This document shows positions 1 through 9,050 of a stretch of 49,418 nt of DNA, piece after piece; the stretch's first letter is position 1, and each line of letters starts with the position of its first letter. This DNA is from Gammaproteobacteria bacterium (lineage in GTDB: Bacteria > Pseudomonadota > Gammaproteobacteria > JAADHQ01), in NCBI GenBank assembly GCA_013151795.1, contig JAADHQ010000052.1, positions 7,565-56,982 on the forward strand, written 5' to 3'. The notes under the pieces were generated by a model that did no database searches, had not been told where the DNA came from, and saw only the letters and a program-made list of their open reading frames with translations. Made by a program: the position numbers and the translations under genes.

Positions 1-72
1 GTTAAATCCGGCGGTAAATTATTCAGTGCTAAACGTGAAGTGAAGGTCACCATTGGCGGATGCGGCGGTTAA
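1..72 (+). CDS. soxY: SoxY sulfur-carrier protein, 3' fragment (gene begins upstream of the window)
   Basis: Frame 1 reads VKSGGKLFSAKREVKVTIGGCGG-stop, with the C-terminal GGCGG carrier-cysteine motif. Nt 1-72 are identical to 2389-2460. A soxZ follows. Confidence 0.85.
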   Translation, partial: VKSGGKLFSAKREVKVTIGGCGG

Positions 73-106
73 TCCGGCGTCAACAGAATAGAAAGAGGAA
101 AATAAA

Positions 107-421
107 ATGGCTAAAAAGTGGAAAGTACGTGCCCAGCTAAAAGGTGGCGTAACAACGTTAAAAGCGCTGATCACCCATCCAATGGAAACGGGTCGACGTA
201 AAAACAAAAAAACGGGCAAGAAAGTTCCTGCCCATTTCATACAAAATCTGACTGTCGAGCACAATGGCAAAAACGTTCTGAATGCGGACTGGGGTCCAGC
301 GATATCTGCAAACCCTTACCTGTCCATTAAATTCAAGGGCGCGGTCAAGGGTGACAGCATCAAGATTAGCTGGAGTGATAACAAAGGCATGAGTGATTCC
401 AATACTACAAAAGTAAGGTAA
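107..421 (+). CDS. soxZ: SoxZ (SoxY partner subunit), copy 1
   Basis: 104 aa with the HPMETG...VPAHFI core shared by all three copies. ATG at 107 follows a purine-rich stretch and lies directly downstream of soxY. Confidence 0.9.
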   Translation: MAKKWKVRAQLKGGVTTLKALITHPMETGRRKNKKTGKKVPAHFIQNLTVEHNGKNVLNADWGPAISANPYLSIKFKGAVKGDSIKISWSDNKGMSDSNTTKVR

Positions 422-440
422 TCGTCAGGTCTTGTTACAG

Positions 441-475
441 AAAAAACCCGGTAAATAGTTTTGCCGGGTTTTTTT
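441..475 (+). terminator. Rho-independent terminator after soxZ copy 1
   Basis: Stem ACCCGG (446-451) pairs with CCGGGT (464-469), followed by a T run at 469-475. Confidence 0.7.
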
Positions 476-764
476 ATGGTTTTAAATATAGAAAAGTATT
501 TTGAGGCAAGGTTACTGACTTAAGGTTGTTATGTTTACCCCGGCCGTTCTGGCTGCAAGATGCATTGAAAGCTGTGTTTTACCCGGTGTTTTAGCTTGAT
601 AATGTAATTAAAATAATTATTAATTATAAGGTATATCAAGCATTTGATATGAATTGATGAGTACGGTAATTTATTTTTGATTAATATTAAAGGTATAAGG
701 TTATTTGTCGTTAATTAGGGTTGAATATGAGATAAATTTTCCGGTTTGGAAAGGAGATGAACAA

Positions 765-1241
765 ATGAATTTTGATGTAAAAAGAAGGCTGATGCTAAAA
801 GGTTCAATGGCCGCTGGTTTAGCAACGGTTGCTGCCGCTGCTGGTTTATTAAGCCCAACAGTCGTATTAGCCGCCTGGCCAAAAGCTGCTTTTGAAGCCA
901 AGTCTATTAACAATGCCCTTAGTTCATTGCTAGGCAGTTCTGCAATGACTGATAGTGGTGATGTTAAAATCAAAGCTCCTTCCATCGCTGAGAATGGTGC
1001 GGTTGTTAATGTTGTGGTGAAGACAAAAATGTCTGATGTTGAGTCTATTAGTATTCTTGTGGAAAAAAATGGCAATCCTCTTGCATTTAGCGCAGATCTG
1101 GCAAAATCAGCTGATCCTTTTGTGAAAACACGCGTGAAATTAGGCCAGACTTCTAAAGTTATTGGCGTTATCAAGGCAGGTGGAAAGATCTATAGCGCTA
1201 GCAGGATCGTGAAAGTAACGGTTGGTGGCTGTGGCGGTTAA
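765..1241 (+). CDS. soxY: SoxY sulfur-carrier protein, copy 2 (Tat signal, GGCGG C-terminus)
   Basis: The ORF track starts at a TTG at 705. ATG at 765 sits 8 nt after AAGGAG (751-756). The protein has an N-terminal KRRLMLKG twin-arginine signal and ends VTVGGCGG. Confidence 0.9.
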   Translation: MNFDVKRRLMLKGSMAAGLATVAAAAGLLSPTVVLAAWPKAAFEAKSINNALSSLLGSSAMTDSGDVKIKAPSIAENGAVVNVVVKTKMSDVESISILVEKNGNPLAFSADLAKSADPFVKTRVKLGQTSKVIGVIKAGGKIYSASRIVKVTVGGCGG

Positions 1242-1275
1242 GCCATTTTTATAAAAAATTCCCAGGAGTAAGAAA

Positions 1276-1578
1276 ATGAGAGTAAATATTGTAAACAAAA
1301 ATGGTCAGGCTAATATCCGGGTTTTAATTAAACACCCGATGGAAACAGGCATGCGCAAAGATAAAGGAACAGGTAAAGTTGTCCCTGCACATTTTATACA
1401 GACACTGAAGATTGAACATAAAGGTCAGGTTGTGATAGATGCCAAGTGTGGTGTTGCGGTATCAAAAGATCCTTTCTTCTATTTCAAGGTAGGTGGAGTA
1501 GCTGCTGGAGACGCTGTTAAAATTACCTGGAAAGATAATCTGGGTAAATCAGAATCAAAAGATGAAACCGTCGCATAG
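1276..1578 (+). CDS. soxZ: SoxZ, copy 2
   Basis: 100 aa with the HPMETG...VPAHFIQ core. AGGAG at 1264-1268 lies upstream of the ATG. Confidence 0.9.
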   Translation: MRVNIVNKNGQANIRVLIKHPMETGMRKDKGTGKVVPAHFIQTLKIEHKGQVVIDAKCGVAVSKDPFFYFKVGGVAAGDAVKITWKDNLGKSESKDETVA

Positions 1579-1601
1579 ATAGTTGTTGCTTCATCGGGAA
1601 T

Positions 1602-1629
1602 AAAAAACCAGTTTATAGCTGGTTTTTTT
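1602..1629 (+). terminator. Rho-independent terminator after soxZ copy 2
   Basis: Stem AAACCAG (1605-1611) pairs with CTGGTTT (1619-1625), followed by a T run. Confidence 0.7.
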
Positions 1630-1995
1630 GTGACAATGATTTCATGTGTATCTGATTAATTCGTGAATTCATATCTTATATATAGTAAAGACAGTTTCGT
1701 CCAGACTGGGTAAGAGGTTCTTTAAGTTAACGATGTGCGAAAAAGTCGCCTTGGCTTGCTAGACGGCATGCTGGTTTCTTGTTATTTTCAGTTAAGTGAT
1801 TTAGCTGTTACTACACATAGCTAAATTGCAATCAAAAAAAATGCAATTTGCAGTATTTTGTTGGGAGAAAAAATCGACACACATTCTAATTTATTGATTA
1901 TATTAGTATTTTAGAAGTGGTATGGGAATTGCCTTATATTTAATCAAGCTTTGAAAGCGAAACTAATATAAATATTTTTTTCAGGAGGGAATGAA

Positions 1996-2460
1996 ATGAA
2001 ACGAAGAACCTTATTAAAGGGCAGCCTGAGTGCTGGTGTAGCAGGCGTTGCAGTAGCAGCGGGTTTGTTAACACCGCAAATGGTAATGGCAGCCTGGCCG
2101 AAGGCGGCATTTGACGCTAAAGCCATAGATGGAGCAGTCAGTTCACTACTTGGCAGCAGTAAACTTGCCTCCAGCAGTGACATCAGCATCAAAGCGCCAC
2201 CGATTGCTGAAAATGGTGCAGTTGTTAACATCGCCGTTAGCACCAAACTGAAGAACGTATCGTCTATCAGCATACTGGTAGAAAAGAACGCTCAACCACT
2301 GACATCCAGTTTTAATCTTGCTTCAGTGACTGAACCCTTCATTAAAACTCGCGTAAAAGTAGCGAAAACGTCCAGCGTTATTGCCGTGGTTAAATCCGGC
2401 GGTAAATTATTCAGTGCTAAACGTGAAGTGAAGGTCACCATTGGCGGATGCGGCGGTTAA
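1996..2460 (+). CDS. soxY: SoxY sulfur-carrier protein, copy 3
   Basis: AGGAGGG (1983-1989) lies 6 nt before the ATG. The protein starts MKRRTLLKG (Tat signal) and ends VTIGGCGG. Confidence 0.9.
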   Translation: MKRRTLLKGSLSAGVAGVAVAAGLLTPQMVMAAWPKAAFDAKAIDGAVSSLLGSSKLASSSDISIKAPPIAENGAVVNIAVSTKLKNVSSISILVEKNAQPLTSSFNLASVTEPFIKTRVKVAKTSSVIAVVKSGGKLFSAKREVKVTIGGCGG

Positions 2461-2476
2461 TCCGGCGTTAACAGAA
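2389..2476 (+). repeat. Direct repeat of window positions 1-88 (87/88 identical; the only mismatch is 81 C versus 2469 T)
   Basis: Compared by eye. The identity covers the last 72 nt of soxY plus 16 nt past the stop, then collapses before the soxZ start. Confidence 0.9.
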
Positions 2477-2497
2477 CAAAGTAAAGCGAGAAAAATT

Positions 2498-2815
2498 ATG
2501 GCTTCAAATACAATACGACCACGCGCCTGGATTGATGGTGACATAGCAACATTAAAGATGTTGATTACTCATCCTATGGAAACAGGAAGAAGAAAAGATA
2601 AAAAGTCAGGCAAGGTGATACCTGCGCATTTCATTGAAACATTAAAGGTTGAGCATAATGGACAGGTTGTCCTGGATGCACTGTTAGGCCCTGCTGTTTC
2701 TAAAAATCCGTTTATTCAGTGCAAATTCAAGGGCGCCAAATCAAAGGATGCTCTGAAAATCAGCTGGATAGATAATAAAGGTGAAACTGATAGCAAAGAC
2801 GCCAAGATAAACTAG
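2498..2815 (+). CDS. soxZ: SoxZ, copy 3
   Basis: The ORF track start at 2441 overlaps soxY. ATG at 2498 (MASNTIRP...) matches the spacing seen in copy 1. HPMETGRRKDKKSGKVIPAHFI core. Confidence 0.9.
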   Translation: MASNTIRPRAWIDGDIATLKMLITHPMETGRRKDKKSGKVIPAHFIETLKVEHNGQVVLDALLGPAVSKNPFIQCKFKGAKSKDALKISWIDNKGETDSKDAKIN

Positions 2816-2858
2816 AGTTATTAGTTCGACAGGTTGTACAGTACAGTAGTACTATCAG

Positions 2859-2894
2859 ATCGGCATAAGGCTAAAGCTTTATGCCGATTTTTTT
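2859..2894 (+). terminator. Rho-independent terminator after soxZ copy 3
   Basis: Stem ATCGGCATAA (2859-2868) pairs with TTATGCCGAT (2879-2888), followed by TTTTTT (2889-2894). Confidence 0.7.
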
Positions 2895-2918
2895 ATGAAC
2901 CGATCATATAGGAAGAGA

Positions 2919-3584
2919 ATGCAGGAAAATTCTACCCTTATTCTGGAGCCTGTTCACCCGGCAAATGCGAGTGTCATATGGCTGCATGGCCTGGGTGCGG
3001 ATGCGCATGATTTCATTCCGGTAGTAGAACAACTCAATTTTCCAGATGAATTGAAAGTCAGGTTTATTTTCCCTAATGCACCAATGAGACCGATTACACT
3101 GAATGCCGGTGCGGTCATGCCTGGCTGGTTCGACATTATAGGTATCGGGCCTGAATATCGCGAGGATGAGGAGGGCATACGGTCTTCGCAGTTGATGATT
3201 GAAGCTTTAATTGAGAAAGAAAACCAGCAAGGGATTGAGAGTAACCGGATTATTCTGGCAGGGTTTTCTCAGGGTGGGGCTGTTGTTTTGCAGTCAGGTA
3301 TTCGATATCCCGGACCGCTGGCGGGCATCCTTGCCTTGTCCACCTATTTACCGCTACGTCATAGTGTCGAAAGTGAAATACAGGTGGTGCAGCAGAATAC
3401 CCCTATCCTGTTTATGCATGGCACACAAGACCAGGTTGTCCCGGTTGAGTTTGCAAAGCACGCGTATAACCAGCTAAAAACCAATAAGCTTAATGTAGCA
3501 TGGCAAGAATATGCAATGCAGCATTCTGTCTGTACGGAACAGATCAGAGATATAAATAGCTTTATTGTGGATAATTTGAGCTAG
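2919..3584 (+). CDS. Carboxylesterase/phospholipase-family alpha/beta hydrolase
   Basis: VIWLHGLGAD near the N-terminus and a GFSQGG nucleophile elbow. The ORF-track ATG at 2895 abuts the terminator T run, so ATG at 2919 after GGAAGAG is preferred. Confidence 0.8.
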   Translation: MQENSTLILEPVHPANASVIWLHGLGADAHDFIPVVEQLNFPDELKVRFIFPNAPMRPITLNAGAVMPGWFDIIGIGPEYREDEEGIRSSQLMIEALIEKENQQGIESNRIILAGFSQGGAVVLQSGIRYPGPLAGILALSTYLPLRHSVESEIQVVQQNTPILFMHGTQDQVVPVEFAKHAYNQLKTNKLNVAWQEYAMQHSVCTEQIRDINSFIVDNLS

Positions 3585-3686
3585 AACAGGTTAAAGCTAT
3601 AATAATGGGTGAAATTAAAGTAAATACTTGATTAATTCTCATAATTATATAAGATATTGCTTATATACTAATAGATGAGGGAATAA

Positions 3687-4721
3687 ATGAAAAAAATTGT
3701 TAACATATTGTTTTTATTGTTATTAATTTTTAATAATCCATATGCATATTCAAATGGTGAAGACCTTTATAACCACCATTGTTCTGCCTGCCATGGTATT
3801 AATGGGGATGGTGGTGTGGGTATCCCGTTATCTTTGCCGACATTTCTTGATAGAGCATCGGATGAGTATCTAACAAAAACGATTGAATTAGGGCGCCCGG
3901 GAAGAGTCATGCCCGCTTTTAGTGGGATAGGTGAGTCAGGTATAACATCCATAGTTAACTACATTAGAAGCTGGTCGAAAAAGGCAGCCCCTGTTTATGA
4001 AGTAAGCAGAATTAACGGCGACCGTGAGGCGGGTAAAAAATTATATCTTGAGCATTGCGTAAGTTGCCATGGTAAAGAAGGAAGCGGAGGAAAGGGAACC
4101 GGTGTTACATTTTCACGCTCAAGAGCATTGTCAATTATTGCCCCGTCGCTAGGGAATGAAGGGTTTTTAACATCTGCGAGTGACCATATGATAAAGGATG
4201 TGATCAAGCAAGGAAGGAAAGGTACGCCCATGATGTCATTTGCGAACAAAGGGCTGACAGACAAGCAAATCAATAATATTGTGAGTTACATCCGCTCGTT
4301 AGAAGATAAAAAAAGAGTAAGTCACCCGGATGTGCTTCCACCGCTGCTGGTTTATGAATCAGAAGCCTCGATTGAAGAAACACTGGCGGCAATAAAAAAA
4401 GCAATTGTTGGATCAAATTTCCGAGTTATTCGTGTTCAACGTTTTGATGATGGATATGTAGAGAAGGGTAAAGGAGACGATAAGAAAATTATAATTTATT
4501 TTTGTAATTTCAATATGTTGTATAGCGCATTAGCGATAGATCCAAGGGTTGGATTATTTCTTCCTTGTAGAATTACATTGATTGAAAAAAATGGAAAAGT
4601 AAAGTTAATGAGTATTAATCCTGCAACGATGAGCAAGAAATTTAATAATGATGAACTATTGAAATTATGTGATGAAATGACAAGCTTGTATGAGTCAATA
4701 ATGGAGGAAGCAACATTATGA
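3687..4721 (+). CDS. Exported dihaem c-type cytochrome fused to a C-terminal DUF302 domain
   Basis: Signal peptide and two CxxCH motifs (CSACH, CVSCH), each followed by a downstream Met-containing segment. The C-terminal ~120 aa (FRVIRVQ...GLFLPCRITLIEKNGKVKLMSINP) look like DUF302. Confidence 0.7.
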   Translation: MKKIVNILFLLLLIFNNPYAYSNGEDLYNHHCSACHGINGDGGVGIPLSLPTFLDRASDEYLTKTIELGRPGRVMPAFSGIGESGITSIVNYIRSWSKKAAPVYEVSRINGDREAGKKLYLEHCVSCHGKEGSGGKGTGVTFSRSRALSIIAPSLGNEGFLTSASDHMIKDVIKQGRKGTPMMSFANKGLTDKQINNIVSYIRSLEDKKRVSHPDVLPPLLVYESEASIEETLAAIKKAIVGSNFRVIRVQRFDDGYVEKGKGDDKKIIIYFCNFNMLYSALAIDPRVGLFLPCRITLIEKNGKVKLMSINPATMSKKFNNDELLKLCDEMTSLYESIMEEATL

Positions 4722-5173
4722 AAATTATCTCCAGATGGACGGCGCTCTTTATATTATGCATTGGCAGTATTACTGCGAGTGCACAAGATGTAATGATTGC
4801 AAGGTCATTGCTTGCGTTTCCTGAAGCCATGTCATCATTGCAAAATTCAATTATTGATCACAAATACACACTGTCTCGTGTACAAAGAGTGGATATTGGT
4901 CTGAAAAAAGCAGGATTTAAAACAGATTTATACAGAGTTGTTTTTTTTGGCAAGCAAGAAGAATTAAAATGGATATCTGATACGCACCCTGAGTTATCAG
5001 CATACTTACCATTAAAGTTTGCTATCTTTGCTGAAAAAGATGAAACAGTGGTGGTGGCATTGAATCCGGTGCTTTATAGTGAAATAGCAGATGAAAAGAA
5101 ATTAAATGTAATTTATAAGCGATGGGCAGAAGATATAAAATCTATCATGAGTGAATTCAGAAAATCAGAATAG
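4718..5173 (+). CDS. Exported DUF302-domain protein
   Basis: ATGA overlap with the upstream gene. Signal peptide ending ASAQD. LYRVVFFG...AYLPLKFAIFAEKDETVVVALNP resembles DUF302. Confidence 0.6.
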   Translation: MKIISRWTALFILCIGSITASAQDVMIARSLLAFPEAMSSLQNSIIDHKYTLSRVQRVDIGLKKAGFKTDLYRVVFFGKQEELKWISDTHPELSAYLPLKFAIFAEKDETVVVALNPVLYSEIADEKKLNVIYKRWAEDIKSIMSEFRKSE

Positions 5174-5177
5174 GTAC

Positions 5178-8015
5178 TCAAATATCATTTAAAGTAGCAT
5201 TAAGTTTTTCTTCGATACTCTTTTTATAAGCGAGTAATTGAACGGTTTGAAGCGGTGCATCACTGGTGTGATTGGCCTGATTTATATCAATGTCAGTGAT
5301 ATATATAGGGTAACGTTGACCTTTCTGGCGTTTACTTAGTATGTAGGCAACGGCTTCGTTTAAAACATTATTGCCAAATTCAAGGTTTGAAAATTCATGA
5401 CTGTTGCAATAAAGGTAGAAACTTTCATTCTTTAAATTGAAGATGTCGCCTATAACCTGGATGTTAAAATAATTATGCTTATTGGATATTTCAGGGTTCT
5501 TTTTAATATCAACATGCAGACTGCCATTGATGGTTTTTAATATAGGGTGAAACTCGATCGTTAAGGTATTTTCAGGTGATAGCTCGGTAGATAGTTGCAT
5601 ATTATGGCGTTTAATAGCAGCTTCGAAAAAATGTTTGTAGTGCCCGAGCATAGTAGGCAAATCAAAGTAATCAATTGTTTGATTGTGTAAAGATCCATGT
5701 TCATCAAGTACATAAATATCGGCAGACCCTTTTTTGTCGAAGTAGAACAGTTGTATAGCATTTTGTTTATTAAAGCGTTGTATAAGTTTTAATACATCAT
5801 TGTCATTGGTATGCCGGTCAAACAAATAAGGGCTGAAATGTTTTTGTGGTGAACCAAGAGCATTAATCAGAGATGCATCATTACTTAATACCTGATAACG
5901 AGGTACGTCATTTTCTACCTGAACAAGCGTAAAGTTTCGGCCTACTCGAAGAATATACCTTGCAAATTTACCCCATTTATTTTTGTAAAAGAATAATATA
6001 AGGTCCTCGAATAAATTTGAAATCCTTCGAGATATGGTATCTGAGTAACTGGAGGCAAAACTATATGCCTTGGTGATGCCCGGGGTGTGTTTGCTAGAGA
6101 TGGGGGTCCAGGACATCTGGTCTGTAATGCAATCCAGAACACAGTAATCGCCATCGTATTGACTGGTAAGAACCTCTCCCCAGCTGGTTATAACAATACT
6201 GCTGCAAGTCTTAATAAGGTTTTGCCAGCGACCACCAAAACTTAAAGCGTCAGATCTGTTGCTTGTTAAATGCATGCCGCGCTGGGTATGTGACTGTAAA
6301 GGGTCGTATCCAATATTAATAAAAATAGCTGAACTCGATATATACGCGGGCCCACTTAATTGTTTAACACTTGATTTTGTAACTTTCCCCTCAGGAAAGT
6401 GATCGTTAAAGGTATCGATAAGCTTTAACAAGTCCTGGGATGAAATACCCTTAAGGAAGTTTTGCAGGCTAACAACTGTTTTTCGTCCAATTAGTCTATT
6501 GAAGTGACACCATGCAACAAGTTCTATAAGATTTTGTGTGCGTTTTATCGGAGCAATCTGTTTTGCTTGCGCTTCTTTATAATCTTGACGATACAGAAGC
6601 CATGTCGGGATATCATTAATTTGTACAGAAACAAAAAAAAGTTTTGGTTCAGAGAGGTCAACAGATATTCCAGGATTTATAAGATCAATTTTTCCAGCCT
6701 TTCTTTCAAAGGTTGTATATAGACGCCGACCCAGTATATTAAGATCTTCCTGGTTAATATTAGTTTCATGGGTATGTTGTCGGGCCATGTCAGTCAGTAG
6801 TCGATAGCTGCGGGTAAGCTCAGCTACCAGTACGCTGCGTTCATCAAGTACTTTATTAATTTTCCAGGTTTCACGTAAATCAAGGAGTAAGAGGTCATCA
6901 TGTGTCCAGTTCCACTTTGATGTTAACTCGGTCATGATGTCATAGGTGCGTGATTTAGTGTTATTTCTGGATTCTGTTAACCATTCGTGAACCTTGAAAT
7001 AGAAACATCTCCGTGCCAGTTGCAGACGTTCCTGAGATGAGTCCTGTTTGCCAAGATATTCATCAAGCTTGTTAATCATAAGAACATAAGAATCAAGCTT
7101 GTCGATGTTGGTTTCACCATCGTATATTTCACGTTTCAGGCGCGTACATAATAGTTCGGTATTTGGGTACTCACTTGCGTAGGACTCCATAAGCAAGAGT
7201 TTAAGAATAGATTTGTAAGGCGAAGATATTGCCTTGTTAAGTTGCCAGAGAGCAGCCCCGTAGAATTCCGCAGCAGAAATAGATTGAACATCTCCAAAAT
7301 CAATAATGTCGTGTTCAGAGATTATTTTTTTTGATAAAAGCATTTCAAGATGTTGGTAATATTGATTTTCCATATCAGGTGGTACAAGCCACCATGCGGG
7401 AATCCTGCCTGAAAGTAGCAGGCCTGAACGATAGAATTCCTCAATAAGTAATAGATGTTGAGCGGTGCCGCTACTCTCTTCAGACATTGTCTCAATGTGG
7501 CCTTCACGAATCGATTCAGGTGTCAGTACGAAAAAATTTGCTTCCAGATCGAGTGTACTTGCCCATTGGGTTAGCTTATCGCACTTCGCTTGTAAGGATA
7601 AAACCTGTTCTTCTGTCAGGTCACTGCGATGACAGACCCAGATATCAAGGTCGCTGCGATCAGTGTAAGCGATAGTGCCAGCAGAACCGATCAGGTAGAG
7701 CGCATAGATATTGTATTGCCGTAATGGATTTCGGCGGTCATTATAGGTTTTAACGAGGCTTTTTGCAGCCTCAGCACTTTTTTTGCCTGGGGTGTAGTCG
7801 TAAATGCCGATAGGGCATGTATCGTTGAGATAACCTGGGAGCTGCGGATCGTTATAGTGAAATAACAATGGCAGGATATCCAGGAAGATCTTTTGTCTGG
7901 TTTTTAATGAGTCTTGTATGGTTTGTAAGCGGCCATTATTGACCTTAAGGAAGCGCGCACGAACATCCTCGACTGATTTTTCATCTTTGGAAAAAAAACT
8001 TTTACGTTTTGCCAT
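5178..8015 (-). CDS. cyaA: Class I adenylate cyclase
   Basis: 945 aa. LPLLFHYN..PGYL, SDLDIWVCH, HLLLIEEFYRS and AAEFYGAALWQLNKAISSPYKSILKLLLMESY are collinear with enterobacterial CyaA as I recall it. Confidence 0.85.
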   Translation of the reverse strand: MAKRKSFFSKDEKSVEDVRARFLKVNNGRLQTIQDSLKTRQKIFLDILPLLFHYNDPQLPGYLNDTCPIGIYDYTPGKKSAEAAKSLVKTYNDRRNPLRQYNIYALYLIGSAGTIAYTDRSDLDIWVCHRSDLTEEQVLSLQAKCDKLTQWASTLDLEANFFVLTPESIREGHIETMSEESSGTAQHLLLIEEFYRSGLLLSGRIPAWWLVPPDMENQYYQHLEMLLSKKIISEHDIIDFGDVQSISAAEFYGAALWQLNKAISSPYKSILKLLLMESYASEYPNTELLCTRLKREIYDGETNIDKLDSYVLMINKLDEYLGKQDSSQERLQLARRCFYFKVHEWLTESRNNTKSRTYDIMTELTSKWNWTHDDLLLLDLRETWKINKVLDERSVLVAELTRSYRLLTDMARQHTHETNINQEDLNILGRRLYTTFERKAGKIDLINPGISVDLSEPKLFFVSVQINDIPTWLLYRQDYKEAQAKQIAPIKRTQNLIELVAWCHFNRLIGRKTVVSLQNFLKGISSQDLLKLIDTFNDHFPEGKVTKSSVKQLSGPAYISSSAIFINIGYDPLQSHTQRGMHLTSNRSDALSFGGRWQNLIKTCSSIVITSWGEVLTSQYDGDYCVLDCITDQMSWTPISSKHTPGITKAYSFASSYSDTISRRISNLFEDLILFFYKNKWGKFARYILRVGRNFTLVQVENDVPRYQVLSNDASLINALGSPQKHFSPYLFDRHTNDNDVLKLIQRFNKQNAIQLFYFDKKGSADIYVLDEHGSLHNQTIDYFDLPTMLGHYKHFFEAAIKRHNMQLSTELSPENTLTIEFHPILKTINGSLHVDIKKNPEISNKHNYFNIQVIGDIFNLKNESFYLYCNSHEFSNLEFGNNVLNEAVAYILSKRQKGQRYPIYITDIDINQANHTSDAPLQTVQLLAYKKSIEEKLNATLNDI

Positions 8016-8053
8016 TTTCTTGTTTAAGCTGATTATATTAATGTACGCTGAAA

Positions 8054-8935
8054 TCAGGCAACATCTTGTCCGTTGTTTGTAGATGTTGTTATAGAATTTA
8101 TTAAAGATTGTTCACAATCATCAAGTAATTCAGACGAACTCATATTTTTATTCCACTCAGAGATCCCGAAGCTGACAGAATAATCACTGTGCCATTGACC
8201 GATAACCTGTTTAAGTTTATTGATGAGCTGCAAAGATGAATGTTTATCAGTTGTTGGTAATAGAATCGTAAATTGTTTACTACCAGAGCGAGCAATCATG
8301 TCTGACCATCGTAGTTGATCTTTTAGCAGGTGCGTAATCTTTAATAATTTTAGTTTAAAGTCGGCACAGTCAGTATCAAAATTAATATTCAGTTTTATGA
8401 CAGATAACGGTGTTTCGTAACGACGGCATTGAGAAAGCTGGGATTCCATTACCAATAGTAATGCGCGCTGGGTTAACAGGCTGGTGTCTGTGTCTATTAA
8501 CTGGAGCTGCCGTGCTTCTTCCATGAGGCGTTGATTCTCTCCATAAAGGTCGAGTACGATTGATATATTTGTAAATATATGTGTGCGAGTATCATCTGTA
8601 TTGTTATCGAAAAAAGAATGTGAAAATTGATAAAGCGTATTATCTTCAGTAGTAATTTCTACTGAGGCCGATGATGTAAGAAGTTTTGTTACGAGAGGGT
8701 GGCTGGAAACCTGTGGATCAGTACTGGTATAGTTTTCATTGATGAAAAGTAACGTGCATAAATCGGGCGAAATCTGGATTATTCTATTATCTTCAGTTAC
8801 TCGAATAATATAGCCTGGACAGCTCTCAAAGATAGATTGATTAGCGACAGTGAGGTTATCAATCTTCATTTGTAAGATCCTTTTTATTTCTGGTGTTAAA
8901 ATACAGCCAATATTTTGACGTTCGTCCGTAAGCAT
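8054..8935 (-). CDS. GGDEF-like domain protein with a degenerate active site
   Basis: The C-terminal ~160 aa have GGDEF-domain layout (DTDTSLLTQRALL...RRYETPLSVIKLNI...), but SGSKQFTILLP replaces GGDEF. It lies 38 nt upstream of cyaA on the same strand. Confidence 0.5.
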   Translation of the reverse strand: MLTDERQNIGCILTPEIKRILQMKIDNLTVANQSIFESCPGYIIRVTEDNRIIQISPDLCTLLFINENYTSTDPQVSSHPLVTKLLTSSASVEITTEDNTLYQFSHSFFDNNTDDTRTHIFTNISIVLDLYGENQRLMEEARQLQLIDTDTSLLTQRALLLVMESQLSQCRRYETPLSVIKLNINFDTDCADFKLKLLKITHLLKDQLRWSDMIARSGSKQFTILLPTTDKHSSLQLINKLKQVIGQWHSDYSVSFGISEWNKNMSSSELLDDCEQSLINSITTSTNNGQDVA

Positions 8936-9050
8936 GATTTATATCCATGTTTTTGTTTTCTTTAATTGGTTAGCGGTCGAAAAGAGAAATGCTTTAGCAG
9001 TAATTATTTCGGAGGAGACGGGGTCCTTAGTGGAAGAATTCTGTCATTGA

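Noticed and set aside
701-2273. Minus-strand ORFs 701-1174 and 1944-2273, antisense to soxY copies 2 and 3
   Set aside because: They are shadow ORFs of the Ala/Gly-rich soxY genes. They have no start context or family resemblance, and the plus-strand genes carry clear Tat signals and GGCGG ends.
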